Positions 1 through 13,500 of a stretch of DNA of 64,000 bases are shown piece after piece; positions within the stretch are counted from its first letter, which is position 1, and every line of letters starts with the position of its first letter. The DNA comes from Chrysomallon squamiferum (Eukaryota; Animalia; Mollusca), in assembly GCA_012295275.1 (NCBI GenBank), contig CM022665.1, positions 37,386,001 to 37,450,000 on the forward strand. The letters run 5' to 3'. Under the pieces are notes generated by a model. That model ran no database searches. It saw nothing but the letters and a program-made list of their open reading frames with translations, and was not told the origin of the DNA. A program made the translations under genes and the position numbers.

Positions 1-343
1 TTATAAAATTTATACACTGAGTTTTATTTGACTGCAAAAATGTTTAAATGTAAGTACTCAGATGAGTTTAATCCACCTACAGTTTAACTTACTGTTTATC
101 AAATCATTTTTTAATATTTTGGTTAGGATCACATGAACATTTCTTTTATAAAATAATTTGTTTTTAAAAAAGCAACATGTAAAAGTTACAGAGTGATACT
201 TGATAATAATTTTCTGAATAAATTATATATATATATATTTTTTTTTTGATACACATTTCAGGAAATGATAACTAATTTGTAATATAATTTGCACATCATG
301 GCCAGTTCTAAGGTTAATACAGTGAGAACAGAAATTAATAAAC

Positions 344-3300
344 CTCTAGTTTAGACACAAGAAGTCTCTTCCACATTTTGTTTCTTAAACCATCATTAGT
401 GTCATCATGGGTGTAGTACAGGAATCTGTTGACGTGGTGAACAGCAATGAGGTACATGATTGGAGACCACTTTGCTCTTACTGTCTGTGACATGAGGTGA
501 CCAAAATACATCTTGAGCAGATCTACATCTGATTCATCAGGGCTGAGATATCTTTCAATTGGAATTAGTAACTGAAAATCAGTGAAATGATAACAATAAT
601 GGCATAATTTTTCAGTTACACAATCTGAATAAATAATGGAAACAAAGCACACAACTAAATGGAACTGTTGACTGGAAAATGAAAAGTAGGTGAAATAAAT
701 TTTTATAATAATAACTTCAGTATTTATTTAAATTCAGTTTAGCAACACTGTAAATTTTACTTGTATAAAACATTATTTGCCGATTTCTAATTTAGTTTTC
801 AAACTAAATATGGAGAAATTGGTTAACCACTTTATTTTAAACTATTAAGATATCATTAATATTATATTGATGTGCATATTTAATAAAGATTTAGATACTT
901 AAGACATTCTTATTAAAAACCTCAACGCAACTTGACGTTAACAAATCCTTCTCGACACATATTTTTAAAAAATCTAATAAAACAAATCTTGAGATATCAT
1001 AGAAATCGATGTAGTATTAGTTTTAATTTGGTTACTGTCAATGTGAAATGGTAATAAAATGAATACAAAATTAATTGTAACCTCTTTGACAGGCAGTAGC
1101 AAACTTCTGAGAATGGCAGGTTTTTCTCCCCAGATGACTTTGCGCAGGTCACTCGAATGTTTCTGTTGTAAAGGCAGCAAGACGTAACTTCCAAAGAGTG
1201 AGTCACCAAATGATACAGCCTGATACTGCTCCAGCAGAGACAAATACCTGAAATTAAGTCACATCAATAATAACTTTATTACACATACAAACATTGTGTT
1301 ATAATGAAAAGATTTTATATATTCTTATATAATTTCTACTGAGTGTTCAGTAAATCATTTCTGAACCTTTGATAATATTTTTCTTTTTTTTCTTTCTTTC
1401 TTTTCCTTTTTTTTCTTTTTATGCATTATTTATAAACTATATTTGCAACAGTAATTTTCCTAATTATTTAATGGCAAAAGTAGCTGCATTTCAATTAATC
1501 AATTGGACCTTGGTGAAACATATGTTATATTTGACTTCAGCTTCTTAATCATGAAAATTTCATACACATAGAACCATTTAGAAATATCCTGAGGAAAAAC
1601 AACAACATCAGATTAAAATTAAGTCTTATGAAATAAACATGACCTACAATTCATAGAATGAAGAAACACCAGGAATTGGCTCGTTAAAGTTCATCTTGTC
1701 CAGCAAGATAGGTTTTGTGTATTCCCTCAACAGAGCAGCCAGAAAGCAGTTAACTGATCTCTCCAAAAACAGATCATTACCTAAATATATAAATATTTCA
1801 TAAACATTTAATTTTTAAGACAATTCAGTACCAACTAATAAAAGAAGTGTCAGCAAAAAAAAAAACCCAAAAACAAAAATGTATCTAAACACATACACAC
1901 ACACATTAATAGCATGAGCCAGTCAAAATTTTATTTTATGTCCATTTTCAAATAATTTAATGTGTGCAATTCACAATAAACAATAGCAAAACACAATATT
2001 AATTCTCTTGCAAACCTACACTGAATGACATGTACACAATTATATTCCTGCTGACACTTAAAATTTATAAGACTGATATATGTCTTAATCGAATTGTAAA
2101 AACCAGCAATACTGAAACTTTACCTGCCATAAAAGCACACATAATTCTGGAGATTTTCAAAGTCACTGATATAGATGTCAGAAGGTTTGGTCGCCAACAT
2201 TCCAAAAGAAAAACCCATCGCAGAACATCTGATGCCATGGTTACCAGATTTGGTGGTAAACTTCCAGACGAACCCCTGAAAACAAATATTAAATAATTAT
2301 CATATGAAACCTAGTTTAAATCAGACATTTCAGTCTAAATATATAGTTATAATTGTATTAATTTTATCTTTCATCAAAAAAACTTTCTTAATACACTGAT
2401 CAGAGCTAACTGAATATGTTACAACTAAAGATTATTACGAAAAGAAAGATAAAACCACCTGATGTCATTGCAGGGGTTATTCTTGACTAATTTGTTTTTA
2501 AAGACATTTTATTCTGTTCTTCATTGTGCCCACTGTACATTTTACAATGTAAATTATTGTGTTGATTATTCAAGTTCTTTTATAGGTATCTTCCCAAGGA
2601 AAATAAATAACTTGGAGCACTGTGAAACAGACTGACAGATTCATCAAGGTAATGATGAACAAATATTTAAAAAAACACACACTAGATCAGAAAATAAAGT
2701 GATTGCTTACACTGCTGAGAATTTGTTAAAGAGATCAACCAGAGGCAGATACATCCAGTCACAAGGAAGAAGGCACTCTCCAACATGTAAAGTTAAAAAT
2801 GTTTCTACATTCATGGGTTGCTGAAAAAACCTGCATCTGAAACAAAAATTCATTTAATGTAAATGAAAAAAAAATGATCCTGAATGACATGATTACTGGA
2901 AATAAATAACTGCTGTTATATACCATTCTTTATTATTATTTTTATTTTTATTGATTAATGTATGCTAAATGATCAAAATGTTATTCACATTAGAATACAA
3001 AAATAATTTTTCAATGATAAAATATGTAAACAAGTCACAGTATGACATCATTCCAGAAAAAGAAATGATAAAAATCATGAAACTAAATGATAGAAAATGT
3101 TACATTAGAAAGAGAAGTACAGTCAAAACTGGTTTGTACTGAATGGCTATAATGACTATATCCTCCCCAAAGCATTTCATTCTTTAAGTAACCTCTACAG
3201 AATGGCCACCTGTCTGTAACAGCCAACAGCCACTCTTTTTCACAGAAAACTGTTGACTGAAACTGCTATAATGGTCAAGATATTTCAACATTTGCAAATT

Positions 3301-6300
3301 CCTGTATATTCGACTGATCATAATTGAAAAACAAACATTCAGTAACTTCTCTGACAGTATTACAATGCACTGGTGATGTATTTGGACTGGATCTGAGTCA
3401 TTACACTCAAAGCAGTTAAGAGCTGTTTACCATTCATTGTTATAATGTGTTAATAATGTAATCTTTAACTACTGTTACTGTATTGTGTAATTACATAATG
3501 CCAATTAAGAGAATTGAGAGAAATCAAAGGGACAATTAAGTTAGGTGCCTGACTCCTGTAAGTCACACATAATTGATAAACAAACATAAACTGCTGCAGT
3601 TTATTAAAATCACTAAATTTTAGTGGTTCTTAGTGGCCACTAAATAAGCATACTTCACTGCTGGATCAGTGATATGACATAAAAAACTGAGTTAAACATG
3701 CCATCTTGATAATAAAAGCTATTGAGTTTTTAAGCATAATGCCACTGAAAAATCATACTGTTTCAACATTAAGTAAAAAAACTGACATTATTAAAAAAAT
3801 GTTTTCCTTTTTATTGATAATGTTCCATCTCACCCAACATTATAACTTTCTAATGTGAAATTTGTAATTTTATCACCAAATACTTCTTCCAGATCCCAGT
3901 TGATGGATCAAGGAATTAATCAGACCATGAAACTGAAATATCACAAATGTCAACTGCAGAATGTTATTTCTGGTAGTAAATTTGGAACACAACTTCTAAA
4001 ATACATCAATGTTCTCCAAGCCATTTAATGGATTAACAGCTGATGGAAAGACATGGAACTGACCACAGATAAAAAGTGTTTTAACAGGAGTGGATTTCAC
4101 TCAGTCAGGAATAACACCTCAAACACAGGAGGTGACAGCTATGTTAACAAGGATAAGAGAATGATGACAATGACAAAGTACTACTGTCTGTCATCGCAAA
4201 GTGAAAAGGATTACTGCAGCACGATGTTGTCAAGATCTGTCTAGACCTGTCTCAATCACGTGGGATGAAATACACAAGAATGAATCAGATCAATGTGAAG
4301 ATAATGATGGAGATGAAGATGAAAGCAGTAAAGATCTATGTTCTAAATATCTGAAAGAGTTTTCTTTTTCTCATGGGAGGAGCATCATGCTCAATACTTC
4401 AGTGAACACAGAAGAACAGCTGTCTTGTTGTGTGTGAAAACAATCCAAAATCACACGTTTTTGAAAACGTGAACAAAAGCCTCTTGGAAATTCTGTTATA
4501 CAATAAATATTTTTCACAAAATTATTCTCTATGAAAACTGTAATATAGTGTTAACATTTATATTAAATCATGGCACCTGCCTGCAGCGGTGGCTGTTATA
4601 TCCAAGTTTGACTGTTTAATACAGTAGTAATCACATAATGAAAACACTTGGAGATAAATTTAATAAAAACAACTCAGAAAAACAACTTGAAAGTAAAACA
4701 TAATAAACAGTGGCACAGTACTATACAGAAAAAACACACACCTGGACTGTCTAACTGGTTTCTCCCACAGTGAGAAAGCTGTGAGGTAAGTTGTCCTGAT
4801 ACTGGGTAGACAAGAATAGGCATCCTGCATCAGCTGACTTCTAGTTATAGTTATCTCCTCCTGAGTAGCACTTCTGAGGTGAGTTGTTTCTCCGAGTTTC
4901 ATTTCAGCTATTGACTGGCAGGCAATTTCTTCTTCTTTACCCTCACTAAAAAGGTAATAAAACAGTTTTTAAAATAAAAATCTCAACTATCATATGATGG
5001 AAATCATAAAAATAAAAAAATAATAAAAAATTATTCTTAGTACAGTTACATTATATAATGAAAATAAAATAAAAATATATTTCAGAAACTGGTTATTTAA
5101 AAGAGAAAAAAGCAAAATTGACTATGATATTAAATTTAAAAAAAAGAAGAACGTGACTAGCTAATATTAATATTTATTATTATTATTTTCTTAAACATAA
5201 ACCAGTCCTCTAAATAACAAGATTTTAAACTTATTACAATAATATTTAATTCAGTAACAATAAATTTATAACTTGCAAATAATAATTTCAAGTGAAAATG
5301 TAGTTAATTATTTGCTTAAATCAATGAATGAATATTTAATTACTTAAAACATCCTTCTGAAAGAAAATACTTACAACTGGATGTCAAAATAGTAAACAAT
5401 AATATAAAAATGTTTACCTAATGAAACTGGGATTAAATACAACTGTAGACAGAATGTCATGTGCCAGATGTTCATCGCCATGTTGAATTCTTGTCAACAG
5501 CTGAAGACTACACTGGTGAAACAGAGATGCACAGTGGGATACCTAAATGTGACGAAATGTAAATGAAATTTAGAAAACATTTGAAATACTGACACTTCTG
5601 GTTCTTTGTAGTTCCTTATTATATTATTGTTTTAGTTCTTTTACCAGAGAAATTATTATTGTTTAAAAATATATAAAATTTTACATTTTATTGTGATTTG
5701 TAACTGAAAAAATATCTTTAAGTTCAAAAGAATTTAATATGATTAAAAAACAAAAAATAAATAATAATAATTATATTGCTGAAAAGCACCTTCAGTGTTT
5801 GTAGCTTGATAATGTAATACTGAAAGATATTCTCAAATCTTGTGAAGTAATTATTTCTCAGTGGACTTGTTTTGTCTTGAGCCATTTTCTTCATATAACC
5901 AACAATATCTTCAGCCATCATTACATCCTGGTGTACCTGAAAAAAATGAAAAATAAAAAATAATAAAATATGAATCATTTTAGCATTTTAATAATGCAAA
6001 TTGAAGACTTCTGAAAATTGAATAATCTTTATTATTTTATCTTCTGAAAATATAAATTGTGCATATGCATATTTTATTAAGAACATTATTTAAATGAAAT
6101 AATAAAACAAAACTGTTTGGATGATTGGATTTCTTTCAATATAATTATGTTAAACTGACAGGAAAACATTAAATTAACATACTTTTCACGAGATTAAGAT
6201 TATAAAAGAAAGAAAGAATGAAAGAAAGAAAGAAAGAAAGAAAGAAAAAAAACAAAAAAAAAAGGGAAATATCTCTTCTACAGCAAAATCTGAACCTGAG

Positions 6301-9300
6301 TTCTTATTAAAGGCACTGACACAATAAATGTCTTCATTTTTGTAAACATGACTTTAAATAATAAAAATTTCTATCTGCTAAAAACAATTGTCAAAGCTTA
6401 TAAAAGTTTTATTTCCTACTATTTAAAAAAATATAAAAAGAAAAAGAAGAAAGAAGAAAATGGAGCTCTAATAATAATAAGAATAAGAATACCATACTTT
6501 TATGATACAATTAATATTTTAGATGCATTGGCATATCTGAAAACCAGTCTACTACTCAAACTATTATATCTGTGACATATCTTCATACTTCATGAATTCA
6601 CCAGTGCAGTTCAAAGGAACTTTAACAATTACAATACAAATAAATACCTTATCAATCAGTCCCTTGTGCAGTTTACACATAACCAAAGCTAATCTTAGGC
6701 AGGCTGTGAGGAAAGAAAAAGGACTGTGACTTGACAGAATTGGCAGGACAAGTTTTCTTTCTGGAAATGAAGCATTCAGTTCTGGAAGTATGGCCACAAT
6801 TTCATCAGTGCAGTGATCAGAATCAGAGAGAAGATTGGAATGTTTACTGGAATAAAAAAAGTACAAAAGAAAGTAAAGAATCATTATTACTATAACATAA
6901 CTTACTTAAATTTACATATCTAGGATATTATTCAGCAAAATATTCAGTAGTAAAAATGTGCATTCCAAATCTAAATTGAAAATAGGGATTAAAAAACATG
7001 GCAGACACAAAAACTAAAATCAATACATGTCTATGAAAAAGTGCTATCAATGAAATGAACATGATAATTAACATATTCTGTTAATAAATAATTTTGGAAC
7101 ATTTTATTATTAATTGTGGTTAGATATCAACAGAGTTTACTATCATAAATATGAAAGAAGGAAACCATATCACTGACTGTCTTTGTATCTGTCTGAATCT
7201 GCACATCAAAATGGTGGTTATGACTGAATATTTTATTACTCTGTCTTTTCTGGGGACCTTGCATGTTAGTGGGCATAAACATAATTAACTAACTGTGATT
7301 CTAAACTTATGACAAGTGAAAGTGATCTTCAAATGTTAAGATTTAAGTGAAAGAAAAAACAGCTTACGTTATACTTTCCAGGACAACCTGAAAGCCTATG
7401 GACTTCCAACAAGGCACAAAAATGTCATGGTACATTGACTCTAATTGTTGCAGGAATTCAACAGGATTGTAATTTGGCTGAAAGTAGGGTAAAAACCAAT
7501 AATAATTAAATTACAGTGTTTTAGGAAAAACAGGTTTTTGATAATTAAGTTATATAATGATCAAAAGCAATTTCTGATATCTGAGATAAGCTGAAAATAT
7601 TAAGGTTCCATCTTTTTTTAAATTCTCATGTTAATAACATTCGAAAAATATGCATTTACAATTGTAAAAACAGAAATTAAATTAAAACAGAAATAATATA
7701 CCAATAACTGAATATTTCTATAATGTAACAATCTGCATTTCAAATGATGAACTATCACCCAATAACCATCCGTTTTAAAATGTTTTAATGAATTTGTGTA
7801 ATAAACATTTAAAATATTACCTGACTTTCAAGCTTAGAATAAAATGTTGCAATAAGGTTAACACAAGATGCAGCAAACTGTAGATCCCCTTTCTGAAATG
7901 AAATATAAAAATTCTGAACAATAAATGAATAATAATGAAAGATGAATATTTACCTGAATAAACAAAAAGAAAAAGGAAGACTACTAAATTCATGGTAGAA
8001 TTTTAAATAAGTAAATCAGCCAAGCACATGTCTTAATAAAAGTGCTGATGTATTAATCATTATTATTTAACTGAATATGAAATTAGACCAATTATCATAT
8101 ATCAATTTTGGAAAATTCTTTACATAAGAAAATATTTTCTAGGATTGGTTTAATTTGCAGTTCTGAATTTATATCTGATAAAAAGTTCAGTGCATTCTTA
8201 AAAGACCAAAAACACATTTTCTACATATGTGGTCTTACATGATATTTCTTTCATGTTTAGAATCTATAAATCTGAAATCCATTTTCAATATTATTAAACA
8301 ACAAACATAGATCATATAAACTAATAAAAATATCTGTATCAGTGAAAGATACTGGAAATTAAAACAGACAAACACATTAATTAATATCACAACAATGACC
8401 TTGAACTGGTATGTGTCTTTGATTCTGGTAAAGACACGTGTAAAACAAGATGTGATTGGCTGTAGCAGATCAGTGACTTGACTCCAGATGACAACAGGTA
8501 AATTGACAAATTCAGAGCTTTCTATTTCCATATCACTGCCATCCTGACTATAAAAAAACAACAAAAAAACAACATTTTTATAAAATAAAAAGCATTAGTT
8601 ACAATTTGAAAATATAATTAAATATCTTGGCTGTTCATGTGTGTGTCTGCATCATGCATGTGTGTGTATAAACATGTGCATATAAAAAGAAGTACATTTT
8701 ACTGCAGAATTCTTTCTTTTTGCAAAAGTTTCATTTTCACCTTCTAGTAAATCCAGGAATATTCTGAGGAGTTGCAGCTACAACAACAACACTTTCTAAA
8801 CATGAAAACATGTCTGCATCATTGTTAAAGTTGTCCAGAGGCAGTGAATCATCAGCTAGATTCTGTTGTATTGTTTGTAAATATTTCACCAGAGTTGAAT
8901 ACAACTGACTGTAAAGAAAGTAAAATAAAAGATATGTTTAAGAAAAGAAAAAAAGACTGGACAAAAGGTTTTTAAATTTTATGTTCAACTTCCTATAGAA
9001 TATTTCATTCTTATTTTTAGCTTAGAAAATAACTTTAATCTTTACCAAAACCAAATGCATTAAGAGAAATTTGGTTAGTTTTATGTCATTATTAAACATT
9101 TTAACTGAGATAACCTAACATTTTCTATGCAGTGTAGTTAAAAATAACAATATATAGATGTTTAAATTTATTAATGTACGATTCAAATTTCATTCACGTT
9201 ATGGACCAGATATAGAATAAAATGGCATACACATATATATCTGTTGACAAGCCATATGAGAGACAAATCCTCCAGGTTCTAAAACTTTCAGCTTGCAGAT

Positions 9301-10522
9301 TCAGTGCTTCTCCAAATGGTATTTCCATATCTCTTAAATAAATAAAAAAGTTGAAGTATTTAACACTATCATAGATTTAAATGGAAGTCAACTTCTGGCA
9401 TTATTTTAGTTAATCAAATATAATACTAAATGGTTTAGCAAGAGAAATTATTTAAAAAATAAATAAAAATAATATAGCTTAATATAGTTTAGTAAGTTCA
9501 TACTACTGAAATAATGATAAAGGTTCAAATTTACACATGATGTTAAATATATAAAAATGTATATTTTCAGTTCAACAGAAATGTTTAACTGATGCAACAA
9601 AATATTTTTTTTAAATGTTATTCAAATATTTTTTTGTTAACATGGAAATGCAAAACACATATAATTACTTGGGAATGACTGCAAAGGTATCTAAGCAATA
9701 TAGTTTGCAGATGATGTTTAGAAAGCTGAAAATAAAAAAGTATTGGAGTATAAATCTTTAAGAAATACCCTCCATAATAAGTTTCATTTTTATTATGATA
9801 TTCTCTTGTAACCAATCAGAATGTTCTAATATGCATAATTAATAAAGTTAAATGATTTAGTATATTGTATTCAGATCAAATAAATTAATCAATATTCACT
9901 TAAAGACACCTCAAAATATCATTTTATTAACTGGTAATGTATGCCACTGGTGTTATTCTGTTAAATATACTGACTATAAGAAATTTCAGTAAAAATTTAC
10001 CTTCACTGAGATTTTAATTACATCTAAGTATAAATTTAAATTAAATGACTTCTCACCATTATAGATGCCATGTTTCTTCCAGCCTGACAAATTCTTCTGA
10101 CTAGTTTCAAAGCTGCTGGTAATGGCACACCATAGGCATCCGATACAGGCTTTGATTTATCTGAAATTGAATAAGTAATAATTTTACTGTGAAAACAAAA
10201 TCTTTTTATATACAAGACAAAAACAGAAAGCGAAAAAAAGAAGAAGAAAAGAAACATACAACTGTTATTGTTATTATTATTTATTTTTGGGGGGCTATTT
10301 ATTTACTCTTTCTAAAAATTTCTTTAGTTCTTTTTTGTGATTTACGTACCTAAAGGATGCCAAGCTGTAGGCAGAAATTCTTCAACAATTAAATCCATCA
10401 AACCTGGACAGTGAACAATCTGAAAAGAAAAAATAATTTATATATAATTAAAGAAGAATTAATTTTCACACGAACAAGACACCACAACCCCTAAAACATT
10501 AACAAAATGAACAACAGTAACA

Positions 10523-10570
<48 letters not shown>

Positions 10571-13500
10571 AAGAAAACCTCATAGAAGAAAATACATACC
10601 TCATATGCCATTGATGCTGAATGACTTGCTATTCTGTTCAGAATTTCAAGAACTTGAACAACTGTCATAGCCTGTGGTTTTCGTATTTTGAGTATATAAT
10701 ACAATCGCTGTAGAAACATCATTCTTGTTACCAAAGCCTGAAACAAAATTTAGACAGTGTAATTAAATGAATCAAATACCAACAAAAAAGTACCATAATA
10801 CTACAACTAACTGGAAAAGCTAATTAAGCTATTCTGTCACTTATGTTCTCTGGGAGTGCATAGGGGTGAATGTCCAATGATTCTGAAGATAAATAAACTA
10901 AAGAACAATAATGTAAACATTATCTCATATTATTTTTCTTACATTGTTTGTAGCTATTACTACTATATTGACATTGGCAAGTAAAACATGAAGTCACAAT
11001 AGTTAACAGGTAAAGATCTGACTGATGTTGATTAAGAGTGAAATAATCTTAACAGAATCTACAAGTAGTAAAATCAGAGGTATTGACAGCATAGACACTT
11101 AGATAATAGAAACAGCCATTAGTGTCAGAGTGCTGACTGCATCACATCATTAAATAAATAGGACTGAAATTAGTTAACATTACCAATATGAGATCTCTCT
11201 TTGCCACATCAGCATCTGTTTCCTGTGGCTTTTCTCCACTGCTGTCTTCTGTAGGTTCTGTGTTTGGAGGCTGCAGACTTGCCACTGTGTGACCCTGAAA
11301 CCAGTTAACAACACGATCCGCACACACCTGTAATCCAGACAAAAACAATGAAACAATATTTAATCTGGTTCCAATTAATTTCAGTTAAAAGGATTGTCAA
11401 AACAAAAAGTGGAACTATACATTCATGGTACGTAGTTAGATTTAACTACAAAATAAAAATCAATAAATACAAAAAGAACAATAAATTAGTGTATTTTTTA
11501 TCCTTCATTTTATGACTAGTGATCTGCATTTTTAGAGATATAAATGTGGGTAAACAAAGTGTATAATAATATGATAAAAAACATCAAGAACAGTTAAGAT
11601 TAAAAAAGAAAGTTTAAACAAAAATATATAATAATAATAAAAATAATTTAAACAAATTTAAAAAATCAATGTCAGGACTTAGCATTATGTGTTAGCATTA
11701 CATATTTATCAAATATATATATATATATATATTAAAAAAGGTTTTGTTAACCTCATCAGCCATGTTGCAGAGCAAAGAATGCATAGCACTAACAGCAGCA
11801 CAAACTATTGCATCAACACTGTCATCCAGAGCCCAGCGCAGGAGAAATATGATTCCAGCATCAATGATGGATGGCAGTACTGGAGTTTGAATGAGGTTCT
11901 TAAATCCACCCTCTTTTGCCTGTAGAAAAAAATAAAAAATGAAATACAATAAAATAAAATAAAGGTAACCCATCATACATGTTTTTTACTGGTTTTAAGA
12001 TATCTAAATCTGAGAGAAGATGGATAAATATCAATTTAAAGTCAATTAGTCCAATTTTAAAATAAAAAGTTTTAAGGAAGTTTGTATACAAGAACATATG
12101 TAGGATAACAGAATGATCTTAACAATAGTGAAATTTCATTTAAACAATTTCTTCAACATTAATGATCAATTCTTTTTTTATATTTAGATAACATTTTCTG
12201 AAAAATGCATTTATTATCTAAACATAATTGACAGAGTACCATTTCTAAAAGGATAAATTGAAAATACTAAAAAGGATTTAAGTCCACAAACCTTCGTTAT
12301 CACTCTTGCCAGTGTTTGCAGTGCAAGAATCCTCTGTTGAATATTTGTACTCCTAGCTAATCCAAACAGCTCCTCCAGTGTGTAGCCTGCTCGCTATAAA
12401 TAAATATCAGTAATGAAAACAAGTTGCACATCTAATACACAAATCCATTAAAAATAATGTATTTCAAACATAAGTTTACTGGCATAATTTTGAACTGTTC
12501 ATATTACATTTACAACCATGTAAACAATCATATACACAGGTGCAATAAAAGAATTTGACATAAAGTTTTACTTTGTGTAGGTAACAGACATATTCATACA
12601 TTTCAAAATTAATTCATATGAGTTGTGTTTTAAGTATTTATAGACTTACATCTAAATGCCAGGTAGCAGTAATAATCCTTACATTACTTCATAAGACTCA
12701 TAAAAACTACACAGTCATTGTACAACTACCAAGTTGTTGTTAAATATTCATCCATTTTATAAATACTCATTTGGTATGCAGAAATATTTATGAATCTATA
12801 AAAGAAAATAATTATATTTTTCAAAGATAAAAAAATGTCAACCTCTGGCTCATCACCATGGTGATGAAGTCCCTTTGTTACAGGAATGTCAGCATCAGCC
12901 TGAAGGAGGTTACCATGGAAATCAAAACGAGCAGGTTTTCCTGTCTACAAAAAATAAACAAGTCAACAGAAAACCAGATTGACAAAGTAGTCCAAAGTTA
13001 ATTTATTTAAAAAATTAAAAAAATGAAACTGTTTTGATAAACACTACTTAAAACAGTATATATATATTTTTAATGGATGAATAAAAATGTTATACAAGTT
13101 TGACAATATAACAATTAAATCTAAAATTTGAGCAAACTTTTCTTTTTTCTTTTACATTACTAATTATTTAAGTTTACAAATAATCAGAAAACAAAATTCA
13201 TATTTAAAAAAAACTAAAAAACTAAAAAGATGATTCAACAACAAAAACATGTTTTAATATATTGGTTTAATTGTTTGACAGAAACATAACAGAACAATGA
13301 AATGTTAACTGAGTTACAAAGTAGATATGAATGGTACAACACAGAGGCTAAATATACACAATATTAATTCATTTTTCATTTTTTTTTTTTATTATCAATG
13401 TAACTCAATTACTAGAAAAGTTTACCCATTTATTGGCATTTTTACATGGAAAAATTGTAATTGTTATGCTTTTTTGGGGTGGCCTAAAAATGTATTTTAA

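Noticed and set aside
4053-4437. Two short plus-strand ORFs as a nested gene
   Set aside because: They are fragments of the decayed Tigger transposase.
12909-12922. X-box-like GTTACCATGGAAAT (and GATGCCATGGTTAC near 2231)
   Set aside because: Inside RPAP1 coding exons, explained by codons, and far from the TCTE1 promoter.
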